From Endozoicomonas sp. (GTDB lineage Bacteria; Pseudomonadota; Gammaproteobacteria; Pseudomonadales; Endozoicomonadaceae), in contig CBDBOO010000093.1 in the NCBI GenBank assembly GCA_965208385.1, forward strand, positions 181,284-213,283: a stretch of DNA of 32,000 bases, read 5' to 3'. Within the stretch, counting starts at the first letter, position 1. Each line of letters starts with the position of its first letter. Of this stretch, positions 7,499 to 24,182 are shown piece by piece. Below the pieces are notes generated by a model. The model was given only the letters and a program-made list of their open reading frames with translations. It was not told the DNA's origin and made no database searches. Position numbers and translations under genes: made by a program.

Positions 7499-9814
7499 AT
7501 GAAATCTCCAGTGCAACTGGTCATCTTTTTTATCACAATAATAATAACCGCTGGTTACCTTGCCATGTCCGATTCGCTTAACACGACTCAATCTCAACAA
7601 ATTTCTCTTGAAGATTACCAGCGAGCTGAATCATTTCTATCGGTAAACACCAGTAAACTGGTGAAAAATAATTATCTTTCTATTCACTGGCTGGAAAAAG
7701 CGGGTGAATTCTGGTTCAGAGAAGAGTTGCCTTCAGGGCATCGATTTAAATCCGGCAATGCCGAAAAAGGTATGCTGTCAGATGCGTTTAATCATGAGCG
7801 GTTGTCGGCTGTATTACAGGAACGGTTTCCGGATAAAAGCATCACGCCGGAAAACCTCCCCTTTGACCATATAAAATTTAGTAAAACCGGATTATTGAAG
7901 TTCAAGATTGATGATCAGGAATTTGAATGCCCCATAGATACCTATGAATGTTTGAATAATAAAGATGAGGCAGAGACAGTCTCGGATACCGGGAATCATT
8001 CGCCAGATAAACAATGGAGCATTATTCGTTCCGGAAACGACCTTGTATTGAAGGTCAACGGGCCTTCTGAAAAAATAATTCCGCTGACAGAAGACGGCAT
8101 TAATGGTTTTGCTTATGGTGCACCTATGCTGTCGCCCAGCAGAGCGTTTCAGGTTTCAACTCCTGTAGAAAATCTGGCAGCCGATGGTTATTGGTCACCG
8201 GACTCCAGGTATTTTATTACCTATCAGCTGGATCTCAGGAAAACCGGAACTCTGGCGTTAACCCAGTCAACGCCAGTAAAAGGGCTTCGCCCAAAAACAG
8301 TTCAATATAAATACCCCCAGGCTGGGGATGCGCATATTCCTGAAGGTCATCTGATTATTATTGACGCACAGGAACAGACAGTCGTTCATGCTGCTCAGGA
8401 ACCGCTGTTGCAGGTTTATTATGGTGACCCTATCTGGGGTGGCTTTGAAGGTAATGATTTCTTTTTCGTAGAATTCATCCGGGGATATAAAACACTCCGG
8501 TTGAATAAATTGTCACCAGAATATGGAAAGGTGACAACCGTTATAGAAGAGAGCCACGAATTATACGTTGATAACTGGATTCAGGATTACTGGGTCTTGC
8601 CGGACAGCCAGGAAATTCTCTGGACATCTGAGCGTGATGGCTGGAATCATCTTTATCTGTATGATTTGAACACTGGGGCTTTGAAGAATCAGATAACTTC
8701 CGGTGACTTTCTGGTAAGAACAGTCAGATCAATTGACCATGAAAAAAGGCGGGTTTATTTTGAAGCGGGCGGAAAAGAATCTGGTGACCCGTATTACCGC
8801 TACCTGTACCGGGTTGATTTTGATGGTTCTGACTTGATGTTACTAACTCCGGAAAAAGCAACGCATGCCACAAAACTGTCTCCTGATTTCAAGTACTTTT
8901 CAGATACCTATTCTACTATCGATAAACCCGGTGTGCATGTGGTCAGAAGTGCTGAAACCGGAAAACTTATTCTAGAGCTTGGTATTGGAGATGCCAGTGC
9001 ACTTTATCAGCAGGGATGGCAACCTCCCAAACCATTCACAGTGAAAGCGGCCGATGGAGAAACTGACGTATATGGTCACCTCTATTTACCCAGTGACTTT
9101 GATCCGGATAAAAAATACCCGCTGATCAATGATGTTTATACCGGTCCTCATAATTTCTTTACGACAAAGGGTTTTTATACGCACTATTCTCAAGCGCCTG
9201 CCCTGGCAGAACTTGGCTTCATAGTGATGAAGATGGATGGACGGGGAACCGGTAAAAGGCAACGTTCCTTTCATGAGTATTCCTATAAAAATCTGGCAGG
9301 CGGTACAGATGATCATGTGACGGCCATAAAGCAGCTGGCAGAACAGTATTCTTATATTGATAGTGACAGGGTCGGCATTTTTGGTTTTTCTGCGGGAGGT
9401 TATGATACGGCCCAGGCCATGTTTAAGTACCCGGATATGTTTAAAGTTGGTGTGGCAGCATCGGGAAATCACGATTTCAGAACCGACAAGGTTGGCTGGA
9501 ATGAGCACTGGATGGGTTATCCGGTAGACCAGAATTATGTAAACCAGTCCAATCTGACCAATGCCGGTAATCTGCGAGGAAAGCTGCTGCTGGCCCATGG
9601 CGAACTGGATGAAAATGTTAACCCTGCCGCTACACTGCAGCTGGCTAAGGCATTGATGGATGCCAACAGGGATTTTGATTTAATGATCTATCCCAACGAA
9701 GGCCATGTACTGGACAATAACCCCTATTTTGTCAGAAAACGCTGGGATTATTTTGTGCAGTTTCTCGCCGGAAAACAGCCACCGGATCAATACAGGATTA
9801 GCTCCATGGAATGA
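7499..9814 (+). CDS. S9B family serine peptidase (dipeptidyl-peptidase IV-like), N-terminal membrane anchor
   Basis: 771 aa with an N-terminal hydrophobic segment (VQLVIFFITIIITAGYLAM). A long N-terminal region is consistent with a DPP-IV beta-propeller. The C-terminal alpha/beta-hydrolase region has the nucleophile motif GFSAGGY, then GELDENV (Asp) and NEGHVL (His). Confidence 0.85.
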   Translation: MKSPVQLVIFFITIIITAGYLAMSDSLNTTQSQQISLEDYQRAESFLSVNTSKLVKNNYLSIHWLEKAGEFWFREELPSGHRFKSGNAEKGMLSDAFNHERLSAVLQERFPDKSITPENLPFDHIKFSKTGLLKFKIDDQEFECPIDTYECLNNKDEAETVSDTGNHSPDKQWSIIRSGNDLVLKVNGPSEKIIPLTEDGINGFAYGAPMLSPSRAFQVSTPVENLAADGYWSPDSRYFITYQLDLRKTGTLALTQSTPVKGLRPKTVQYKYPQAGDAHIPEGHLIIIDAQEQTVVHAAQEPLLQVYYGDPIWGGFEGNDFFFVEFIRGYKTLRLNKLSPEYGKVTTVIEESHELYVDNWIQDYWVLPDSQEILWTSERDGWNHLYLYDLNTGALKNQITSGDFLVRTVRSIDHEKRRVYFEAGGKESGDPYYRYLYRVDFDGSDLMLLTPEKATHATKLSPDFKYFSDTYSTIDKPGVHVVRSAETGKLILELGIGDASALYQQGWQPPKPFTVKAADGETDVYGHLYLPSDFDPDKKYPLINDVYTGPHNFFTTKGFYTHYSQAPALAELGFIVMKMDGRGTGKRQRSFHEYSYKNLAGGTDDHVTAIKQLAEQYSYIDSDRVGIFGFSAGGYDTAQAMFKYPDMFKVGVAASGNHDFRTDKVGWNEHWMGYPVDQNYVNQSNLTNAGNLRGKLLLAHGELDENVNPAATLQLAKALMDANRDFDLMIYPNEGHVLDNNPYFVRKRWDYFVQFLAGKQPPDQYRISSME

Positions 9815-9860
9815 TGTATGATTGGAACAGGTGCTGACAGGAAAAGTTATGTCGCGCGTT

Positions 9861-9916
9861 GTACAAAAATACAAGTACGAAAATACAAGTACAAAAATAC
9901 AAGTACAAAAATACAA
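9861..9916. repeat. 14-bp tandem repeat GTACAAAAATACAA x4 (one A-to-G variant in copy 2)
   Basis: Copies start at 9861, 9875, 9889 and 9903. The repeat is intergenic and ends 27 bp upstream of the methyltransferase start codon. Confidence 0.95.
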
Positions 9917-9943
9917 CAGAGTTAAAACAATAACAGGTGTCGT

Positions 9944-10924
9944 ATGACAGATGTAAACAACCTGAAAGAAACTCGGGTATCAAGCGATCAATGGTCTGAA
10001 TACTGGAAGCAGGGGCACCTTACTACGTTTGCCGGCCCTGAGTTTGAGGATGGTTATCAGGGGAGTTTCAAATCTTTCTGGTTGCAGTATCTGGATATTC
10101 TGCCTGAAGAATCGACCATTGTAGATCTTGGTACTGGCAATGGAGCCTTACCACTGTTGTTTGCTCGTGCTCTGGAAGATACCGGCAAAAAAGTCTCTAT
10201 CGTCGGTGTTGATAGCGCCACTATCGAACCGTCTGAAGAATTTAAAAAATACCGCAAGCGGGATTCCCTGGTTAAAGTACGCTTTAAGCAGGATACCCTT
10301 ATGGAAGCCACAAAGCTTAAAAAGGGCAGCACTGATCTTGTTGTCAGTCAGTATGGTTTTGAGTATGGCAATCCGGAACAGGTGCTGAAAGAAATCAGGA
10401 GAATACTTAAACCAGGCGGACGTTTATCACTGATTGTGCATCATGAAGGATCATTTGTGGTAAAGAAAGCCAGGGGAATGCTCGACCAGGCCATTCTGGG
10501 AGAAGATGAGCGACTAGTTAACCGCATTAAAAAATGGGTCAGGGATTTTTCTGCAGGAAAGCCAAAGCCAGTTCTTGATAAACAGGCGCAACAGCTTGAT
10601 GCCTGTTTTAAACGATTGAATCAAAGCGCCAGTGGTTTTAATGATGCCAACATGCTCGCCCTTCTGGTGAATGGGGGTATGGCCGTTGCCACGAAAGTTC
10701 AAACTCACCCGGATGAAGCCAAAGTAATGCTTCAGGAGTGGATTACCGAATTTAATGCCTACCGGTTAAGGATGGTTGATATTTGTTCAGTGGCCTATTC
10801 AAATAAAGGTGTTAACTCGCTTATTGACCTACTGAGAGCCGAGGGTTTCACAAATTGTGGAATGTCAGTGATTAACCATGAAAACAGTTCGCCCATGGGA
10901 ATAGTGATCACTGCGAGAATTTAG
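9944..10924 (+). CDS. Class I SAM-dependent methyltransferase, substrate unknown
   Basis: 326 aa. Motif I is IVDLGTGNGALP, with an acidic-loop/post-II-like region (DLVVSQYGFEYG, ILKPGGRLSLIV). The ~130-aa C-terminal region has no motif I recognise. Confidence 0.7.
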   Translation: MTDVNNLKETRVSSDQWSEYWKQGHLTTFAGPEFEDGYQGSFKSFWLQYLDILPEESTIVDLGTGNGALPLLFARALEDTGKKVSIVGVDSATIEPSEEFKKYRKRDSLVKVRFKQDTLMEATKLKKGSTDLVVSQYGFEYGNPEQVLKEIRRILKPGGRLSLIVHHEGSFVVKKARGMLDQAILGEDERLVNRIKKWVRDFSAGKPKPVLDKQAQQLDACFKRLNQSASGFNDANMLALLVNGGMAVATKVQTHPDEAKVMLQEWITEFNAYRLRMVDICSVAYSNKGVNSLIDLLRAEGFTNCGMSVINHENSSPMGIVITARI

Positions 10925-10947
10925 CGCTAGAATCTGTTCTATCAATT

Positions 10948-16709
<5,762 letters not shown>

Positions 16710-16719
16710 TGAAGTTTTA

Positions 16720-18036
16720 TCAGAACTGCTCTTCTTCAGTAGAACCGGTCAGTGCGGTTACAGAAGATTTACCACCTTGAATGACGGTGGTCATATCGTC
16801 GAAGTATCCGGTACCCACTTCCTGCTGGTGTGCCACGAAAGTGTAACCTTTTTCAGCGGCAGCAAATTCAGGCTGCTGCACCATTTCAACATAATGCTTC
16901 ATTCCTTCGCCCTGGGCATAGCTATGCGCCAGTTCAAACATGTTGTACCACATGTTATGAATGCCAGCCAAAGTGATGAACTGGTACTTATAACCCATAT
17001 CACTCAGTTCCTGCTGGAATTTGGCGATGGTGGCATCGTCCAGATTTTTCTTCCAGTTGAACGATGGTGAGCAATTATAGGCCAGCAGTTGATCCGGGTA
17101 TTCAGCCCTGATGGCTTCGGCAAATTTACGGGCTTCATCCAGATCCGGTGTTGCAGTTTCACACCAGAGCAGGTCGGCGTAAGGCGCATAAGCCAGACCA
17201 CGGGCGATAGCCTGATCAATACCGGCTTTAGTGCGATAGAAACCTTCAGCGGTACGTTCACCAGTCAGGAAAGGTGTATCGTATTCATCGCAGTCAGAAG
17301 TGATCAAATCTGCAGCGTTTGCATCGGTACGGGCAAGAACGATAGTGGGAACGTCAGCCACGTCAGCAGCCAGGCGGGCTGCGGTTAATTTCTGAACGGC
17401 TTCCTGAGTAGGAACAAGGACTTTTCCACCCATATGGCCGCATTTTTTAACAGAAGCCAGCTGATCTTCAAAGTGAACGCCTGCAGCGCCAGCTTCGATC
17501 ATGGATTTCATCAATTCGTAGGCATTGAGAACACCGCCGAAACCTGCTTCTGCATCGGCAACGATAGGTGCAAACATATCTACATAACCGTCTTCCTCAG
17601 GATTTTTACCTGTTTTCCACTGAACCTGGTCTGCACGCTTGAAGCTGTTATTGATGCGTTTTACTACCGCGGGAACAGAGTCAACAGGGTATAAGGATTG
17701 GTCAGGGTACATGTTGCTGGCAGAGTTATTGTCTGCAGCAACCTGCCAGCCTGACAGGTAAATGGCTTCGATGCCGGCTTTGACTTGTTGTACAGCCTGA
17801 CCACCGGTAAGAGCGCCAAGGCAGTTGACATAGCCTTTTTTCGAAGTGCCGCCGTAAACCAGATCCCAGAGCTTTTCGGCACCCTGACGGGCAATGGTAT
17901 TTTCAAACTTTACCGAACCACGCAACCGCACCACGTCTTCGGCTGTATAGGTACGCTTGACATTAGTCCAACGGGGATTTTCAGCCCAGTCCTGCTCAAT
18001 GCGGGCGACTTCTTCAGCACGGTTATATGTTGCCAT
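16720..18036 (-). CDS. aceA: Isocitrate lyase
   Basis: 438 aa with the catalytic signature KKCGHMGGK. The sequence looks like proteobacterial AceA along its whole length. Confidence 0.95.
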   Translation of the reverse strand: MATYNRAEEVARIEQDWAENPRWTNVKRTYTAEDVVRLRGSVKFENTIARQGAEKLWDLVYGGTSKKGYVNCLGALTGGQAVQQVKAGIEAIYLSGWQVAADNNSASNMYPDQSLYPVDSVPAVVKRINNSFKRADQVQWKTGKNPEEDGYVDMFAPIVADAEAGFGGVLNAYELMKSMIEAGAAGVHFEDQLASVKKCGHMGGKVLVPTQEAVQKLTAARLAADVADVPTIVLARTDANAADLITSDCDEYDTPFLTGERTAEGFYRTKAGIDQAIARGLAYAPYADLLWCETATPDLDEARKFAEAIRAEYPDQLLAYNCSPSFNWKKNLDDATIAKFQQELSDMGYKYQFITLAGIHNMWYNMFELAHSYAQGEGMKHYVEMVQQPEFAAAEKGYTFVAHQQEVGTGYFDDMTTVIQGGKSSVTALTGSTEEEQF

Positions 18037-18143
18037 GATCTTTCCCTTATATTTTCAAACGAGCGTTTTAACAAACAGGAACAATCCTAAACATCCGTTC
18101 TAAATTCTGGTAATTTATAAAAGTTATCTTGGGTATCAATACT

Positions 18144-19079
18144 ATGAATATTGCTCGCGTCGATCTAAATCTACTTGTTTATCTGGATGTCCTGCTCCGG
18201 GAAAGAAATGTCACCCGATCTGCTGAACAGCTGGGCATCACTCAGCCTGCAATGAGTAATGGGCTCAGGCGTTTAAGGGCGCTTTTTGGTGATCCTCTTC
18301 TGGTAAGAACCAGTGATGGCATGACACCAACAGAACGGGCGCTGGAATTGAAACCTCTGGTCAGCGAGGCACTGCTGATTCTTGAAAAAACCATTCAGCC
18401 CAAAAGATCGTTTAATCCCAGAGACAGCGATCGTGTCTTCAGAATAATGGCTTCTGATTATGCGGAATCCACACTGATTCCCCTGCTTCTACGGCAGTTA
18501 CGCATTCAGGCTCCTAACATTATTCTCGATGTTCTCACTCCCAGTGATGTCAGCTTTCAGGATGTTGAACAGGGCAGGGTGGATATGGCGATAAACCGCT
18601 TTAACAGCCTGCCGCAGTCATTCCATCAGTCCTCTATCTGGCAGGATGGTTTTTCCTGTGTGGTCAGCAAAAGTAACGTTATTCTCGAAGAGTTCACTTT
18701 GGATAATTATCTGGCATCCAAGCATATCTGGGTCAGTAAAACCGGTATGGGAATAGGCGTTGGTGTTAATCCTGAGGATGTACAACAACTGGGGTGGGTT
18801 GATGATGCCCTGGCTCAGAATGGTCACAAGAGGAATATCAGTGTTTTCACCCGGCACTATCAGGTCGCCATGCAGCTGGCAGGGCAGAATGATTTGATTG
18901 CGACATTACCCAGTAAGCTGGCTTATTTGCAGAAATACAACCCTTCGCTGGTGGTACTTGCTCCCCCGTTTGATATTCCTCCCATAGATTTGACAATGGC
19001 CTGGAGCCCTTTGCTGCACCATGATTCAGCCCATAACTGGTTGAGAAAACTAATCAAAACTGTCGCTCAAACCAAATGA
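18144..19079 (+). CDS. LysR-family transcriptional regulator, divergent from aceA
   Basis: N-terminal winged-HTH region LNLLVYLDVLLRERNVTRSAEQLGITQPAMSNGLRRLR, with a C-terminal LysR substrate-binding-type domain. The track ORF starts at a TTG at 18129, but the ATG at 18144 (MNIARVDLNLL...) is the more typical LTTR N-terminus. Confidence 0.9.
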   Translation: MNIARVDLNLLVYLDVLLRERNVTRSAEQLGITQPAMSNGLRRLRALFGDPLLVRTSDGMTPTERALELKPLVSEALLILEKTIQPKRSFNPRDSDRVFRIMASDYAESTLIPLLLRQLRIQAPNIILDVLTPSDVSFQDVEQGRVDMAINRFNSLPQSFHQSSIWQDGFSCVVSKSNVILEEFTLDNYLASKHIWVSKTGMGIGVGVNPEDVQQLGWVDDALAQNGHKRNISVFTRHYQVAMQLAGQNDLIATLPSKLAYLQKYNPSLVVLAPPFDIPPIDLTMAWSPLLHHDSAHNWLRKLIKTVAQTK

Positions 19080-19155
19080 GAGGAAAAATGTCGGTACATC
19101 CGACTGAGCTAAGCTGACTGTTATGACTTTGACGAGGCAGGGAGGCCTTCAAATC

Positions 19156-19971
19156 ATGCACTCTATTTTTGGAACGATGCTCGAAATACTGTCCAGAATG
19201 TCGTTTGGGATGCTCTTTGGAATAGTAGCTTTCAGTGGGATTCTGTCATCACCAATTCAGGCTGATGACCACGAAGCGGCAGTGGGAAGTGTGGGTTTTT
19301 ATACCAGTCAGGATTCCTCAATACCAGAAACAACGTCGATGAGGCCGCCTTCACACCTCAAGCTATATGGCTATGAGCAGGATCGATTGAATTGTCTGCC
19401 AAAGGGGATGGGTCCAGGTATTTACTGGGCCATGAGGGTGGATAGAACCGATTCAGAGAATTTCAAAATATGGCAGGTACAGATTCATATTGCTATTAGT
19501 GCGATAGATGAGTCAGCCAGAATTAATCACATCCAGGTTTTTAAAGGCCTGCTTAGACCGGAGCCCGAGGTTAAAGAGTGGGATGGTGCTACCGCTGTTG
19601 CAATCAATGATGAAAATGAAAGAACCGCAGGATATGAACGTATAGATCGGTACGCTTTGAATTTATCCCCGCTTGAGTTAGAGGCTGAATTTATCCTTGA
19701 TGAAATAAATTGTGATGAACTATCCCAAACCATTTCCTGGGATGTGGGCTCCTGGGATCAGAGATCCACTAATAATATAACGGCCTCCATAGGGCAGAAT
19801 ATCAAAATATATTATTCTGATGGCATTGTCAGAATGACCGGTGGCTTTACATTTTATGACTCTTATTTTTCGGTACTCAGTCAATACGGTCGCGAACAGA
19901 ATGTCAGTTTTCAGTTTTACCCATTGATAGGAGCAAAATTCACTCGATCACAACTGTTGCTCGACAAGTAA
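19156..19971 (+). CDS. Hypothetical secreted protein (orphan; no family recognised)
   Basis: The track shows an open frame of 282 aa from 19123. GGAGG at 19141-19145 sits 10 nt before the ATG at 19156, favouring that start; the ATG at 19198 is an alternative. It has a signal-peptide-like segment MSFGMLFGIVAFSGILSSPIQA followed by DD. I could not find any recognisable motif. Confidence 0.55.
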   Translation: MHSIFGTMLEILSRMSFGMLFGIVAFSGILSSPIQADDHEAAVGSVGFYTSQDSSIPETTSMRPPSHLKLYGYEQDRLNCLPKGMGPGIYWAMRVDRTDSENFKIWQVQIHIAISAIDESARINHIQVFKGLLRPEPEVKEWDGATAVAINDENERTAGYERIDRYALNLSPLELEAEFILDEINCDELSQTISWDVGSWDQRSTNNITASIGQNIKIYYSDGIVRMTGGFTFYDSYFSVLSQYGREQNVSFQFYPLIGAKFTRSQLLLDK

Positions 19972-20086
19972 TTGAAAGAAGGCTTGTTATCAAATGTTAA
20001 CTTGTGGTGTAATCTGTCTGTACTTTTCGTTAAACACATAATAATTAATCGAATGTCAGCTGTAGACAGGGATTTAAGGCGAAAAA

Positions 20087-20218
20087 ATGAACTGGTTAAC
20101 AAACCTGAACAACGAGCATGCTTTATTCGACGTTGCCAGTGAGTGCATCGAAAATACCATGGAAAGCTATTATCTGATTCAAGCTGACCACCCTACCAGG
20201 GAAGAACAGGAAGATTGA
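20087..20218 (+). CDS. Possible small acidic protein (43 aa), unknown function
   Basis: It lies below the ORF-track cutoff. The ATG at 20087 is preceded by AAGG at 20076-20079. The translation is MNWLTNLNNEHALFDVASECIENTMESYYLIQADHPTREEQED, with the stop at 20216-20218. A strong intrinsic terminator follows 3 nt later. Confidence 0.35.
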   Translation: MNWLTNLNNEHALFDVASECIENTMESYYLIQADHPTREEQED

Positions 20219-20221
20219 TAC

Positions 20222-20246
20222 AGGCTGCGTAAGCAGCCTTTTTTTT
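20222..20246 (+). terminator. Rho-independent terminator
   Basis: AGGCTGC (20222-20228), loop GTAA, GCAGCCT (20233-20239), then a run of seven T to 20246. Confidence 0.8.
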
Positions 20247-20424
20247 GCCTGCATGAAATCATTATTCATAAAAGAAATGATGGATATCATCCCCCTCAAT
20301 TGGTTTTCCCATTTATAGTTTGCCTAAAATAGCGTTTCCTTCCAGATGCTCTGTCATTCCAGATTCATAACGAACTGACAGAGACAGATTCATATAAAAG
20401 TATAACAGGATAGTGAGGTTCCAA

Positions 20425-22620
20425 ATGACGCAGCGTATTCAGAAAGGCGGTCTGCAGATTGCCAGGACTCTGTACGATTTACTGGAGAACGAGATTGTTC
20501 CGGGAACGGGCGTAAGTGCTGAATCTTTCTGGGCTGGGCTTGAGCAGGTTATCAGCGATCTTGCACCCAAAAATCATGCATTGCTTGAAAAAAGAGATGA
20601 ACTTCAATCAAAAATTGATGCCTGGCATTTGCAGCATAAAGATTTACAGCATAAAGAACAGTCTCATGATTCTGACGCCTATAAAACATTCCTCTATGAT
20701 ATTGGTTATTTGCAGCCAGAAGGTGACGATTTCAGTGTTACAACCGCCAATGTGGATTCTGAAATAGCACTTCAGGCTGGCCCACAGTTAGTAGTGCCTG
20801 TTATGAATGCCCGCTTTGCACTCAATGCGGTTAATGCCCGATGGGGAAGCCTCTATGATGCCTTGTATGGCACTGATGTCATTCCTGAAACCGATGGAGC
20901 AGAGAAGGGGGCAGGTTATAACCCTGTCAGAGGTGGTAAGGTAATTGCGTTTGGACGTAACTTGCTTGATCAGGCCGCGCCCTTGTCACAGGGTTCTCAT
21001 CAGGATGCAGTTAAATACACCGTAAAAGAAGGAAACCTTGCCGTTACGCTTACTTCAGGGGTAGAAGCGGCGCTTGAGCAGGCTGACAAATTTGTCGGAT
21101 ATACCGGTGATCTGTTGGCGCCTGATTCTGTTTTGCTGAAGAATAATGGCCTTCATGTAGAAATTCAGATTGATTCCACTGCGCCCATTGGTCAGACAGA
21201 TCTGGCGGGTGTTAACGATATTCTTATGGAAGCAGCTGTAACAACAATTATGGATTGTGAAGATTCTGTGGCAGCTGTGGATGCGGATGACAAGGTTACT
21301 GTCTATAAAAACTGGCTTGGATTAATGAAAGGTGATCTCGAAGAAACTTTCAATAAGTCCGGTAAACCATTGACCAGAAAGATGCATTCGGATCGACGTT
21401 ATTCTGATTCAGAAGGGAATGAGTTTCAGCTTCATGGTCGCAGTTTGATGTTTATCAGAAACGTTGGGCATTTGATGACCAATGAAGCCATTCTGGATTC
21501 AGAGGGAAAGGAAATTCCTGAAGGTATTCTTGATGGTATGTTCACGTCATTGATCGCAATGCATGATCTTAAAAAAGAGTGGGGCATCAGAAACTCCCGC
21601 ACCGGCAGTGTTTATATTGTTAAGCCCAAGATGCATGGACCCGAAGAGGTTGCCTTCACCTGTGAATTGTTTGGACGTATTGAGAGCGTTCTGAATTTGC
21701 CGGTTAATACCTTGAAGGTGGGCATCATGGATGAAGAGCGAAGAACATCACTGAATCTCAAGGAATGTATTCGGGCTGCCAGCGAGCGTGTTGTCTTTAT
21801 CAATACCGGCTTTCTTGATCGTACCGGGGATGAAATTCATACCAGTATGGAAGCGGGCCCTGTTATTCCCAAGGCTTTGATGAAGAAAGAGGCCTGGATC
21901 AATGCCTATGAAGATCAGAATGTTGATCTGGGTCTGGCAACCGGGCTTCAGGGCAGGGCGCAGATTGGCAAGGGTATGTGGGCCATGCCGGATGAGATGG
22001 CTCAGATGATGGAGCAAAAAATTGGTCATCCTTTGTCAGGAGCCAATACAGCATGGGTACCATCGCCAAATGGTGCAACATTACATGCTTCGCATTATCA
22101 CAGGGTTGATGTATTCCAGCGTCAAAACGAACTGGCTTCCCGTCAACGGGCCAGCATTGATGATGTTCTGAAAATCCCATTGTTAAAGGATGCATCCGTA
22201 TTGACGTCTGAAGAAATTCAGAGAGAGCTTGATAATAATGCCCAGGGCATTCTGGGTTATGTGGTGCGATGGATTGATCAGGGTGTTGGTTGTTCTAAAG
22301 TGCCTGATATCAATAACGTGGGTTTGATGGAAGACAGGGCGACCTTACGGATATCCAGCCAGCACATAGCCAACTGGCTGCATCATGGTATTTGTGACGA
22401 ATCACAGGTTATGGAAACCATGAAGCGAATGGCGGCTGTTGTGGATCAACAGAATGCAAAGGATTCTGCATACCAACCTATGGCGCCAGACTTTGAAGGT
22501 AATATTGCATTCGAAGCGGCCTGTGAGCTGGTACTCAAAGGCTGTGATCAGCCGAGTGGGTATACGGAACCCGTCTTGCATGCCAAGCGACGTGAATTCA
22601 AGCTGAAGAGTATGCGGTAA
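20425..22620 (+). CDS. glcB: Malate synthase G
   Basis: About 731 aa from the ATG at 20425 ([13 protein letters not shown]...). The track ORF begins at an upstream GTG at 20413. [33 protein letters not shown] closely matches the E. coli GlcB N-terminal region. Confidence 0.95.
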   Translation: MTQRIQKGGLQIARTLYDLLENEIVPGTGVSAESFWAGLEQVISDLAPKNHALLEKRDELQSKIDAWHLQHKDLQHKEQSHDSDAYKTFLYDIGYLQPEGDDFSVTTANVDSEIALQAGPQLVVPVMNARFALNAVNARWGSLYDALYGTDVIPETDGAEKGAGYNPVRGGKVIAFGRNLLDQAAPLSQGSHQDAVKYTVKEGNLAVTLTSGVEAALEQADKFVGYTGDLLAPDSVLLKNNGLHVEIQIDSTAPIGQTDLAGVNDILMEAAVTTIMDCEDSVAAVDADDKVTVYKNWLGLMKGDLEETFNKSGKPLTRKMHSDRRYSDSEGNEFQLHGRSLMFIRNVGHLMTNEAILDSEGKEIPEGILDGMFTSLIAMHDLKKEWGIRNSRTGSVYIVKPKMHGPEEVAFTCELFGRIESVLNLPVNTLKVGIMDEERRTSLNLKECIRAASERVVFINTGFLDRTGDEIHTSMEAGPVIPKALMKKEAWINAYEDQNVDLGLATGLQGRAQIGKGMWAMPDEMAQMMEQKIGHPLSGANTAWVPSPNGATLHASHYHRVDVFQRQNELASRQRASIDDVLKIPLLKDASVLTSEEIQRELDNNAQGILGYVVRWIDQGVGCSKVPDINNVGLMEDRATLRISSQHIANWLHHGICDESQVMETMKRMAAVVDQQNAKDSAYQPMAPDFEGNIAFEAACELVLKGCDQPSGYTEPVLHAKRREFKLKSMR

Positions 22621-22635
22621 GAGGTTGATATAAAT

Positions 22636-22666
22636 AAAAAAACGCCCAATTAACGGGCGTTTTTTT
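22636..22666. terminator. Bidirectional Rho-independent terminator between convergent glcB and purB
   Basis: An A-run (22636-22641), ACGCCC (22642-22647), a 7-nt loop AATTAAC, GGGCGT (22655-22660), then a T-run (22661-22666). Confidence 0.85.
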
Positions 22667-22675
22667 ATGAGTAAA

Positions 22676-24130
<1,455 letters not shown>

Positions 24131-24182
24131 TCAATTGCGTGGATGATCATGGTTTCGGGAAAAACCATTGACGGGGTTGAAA

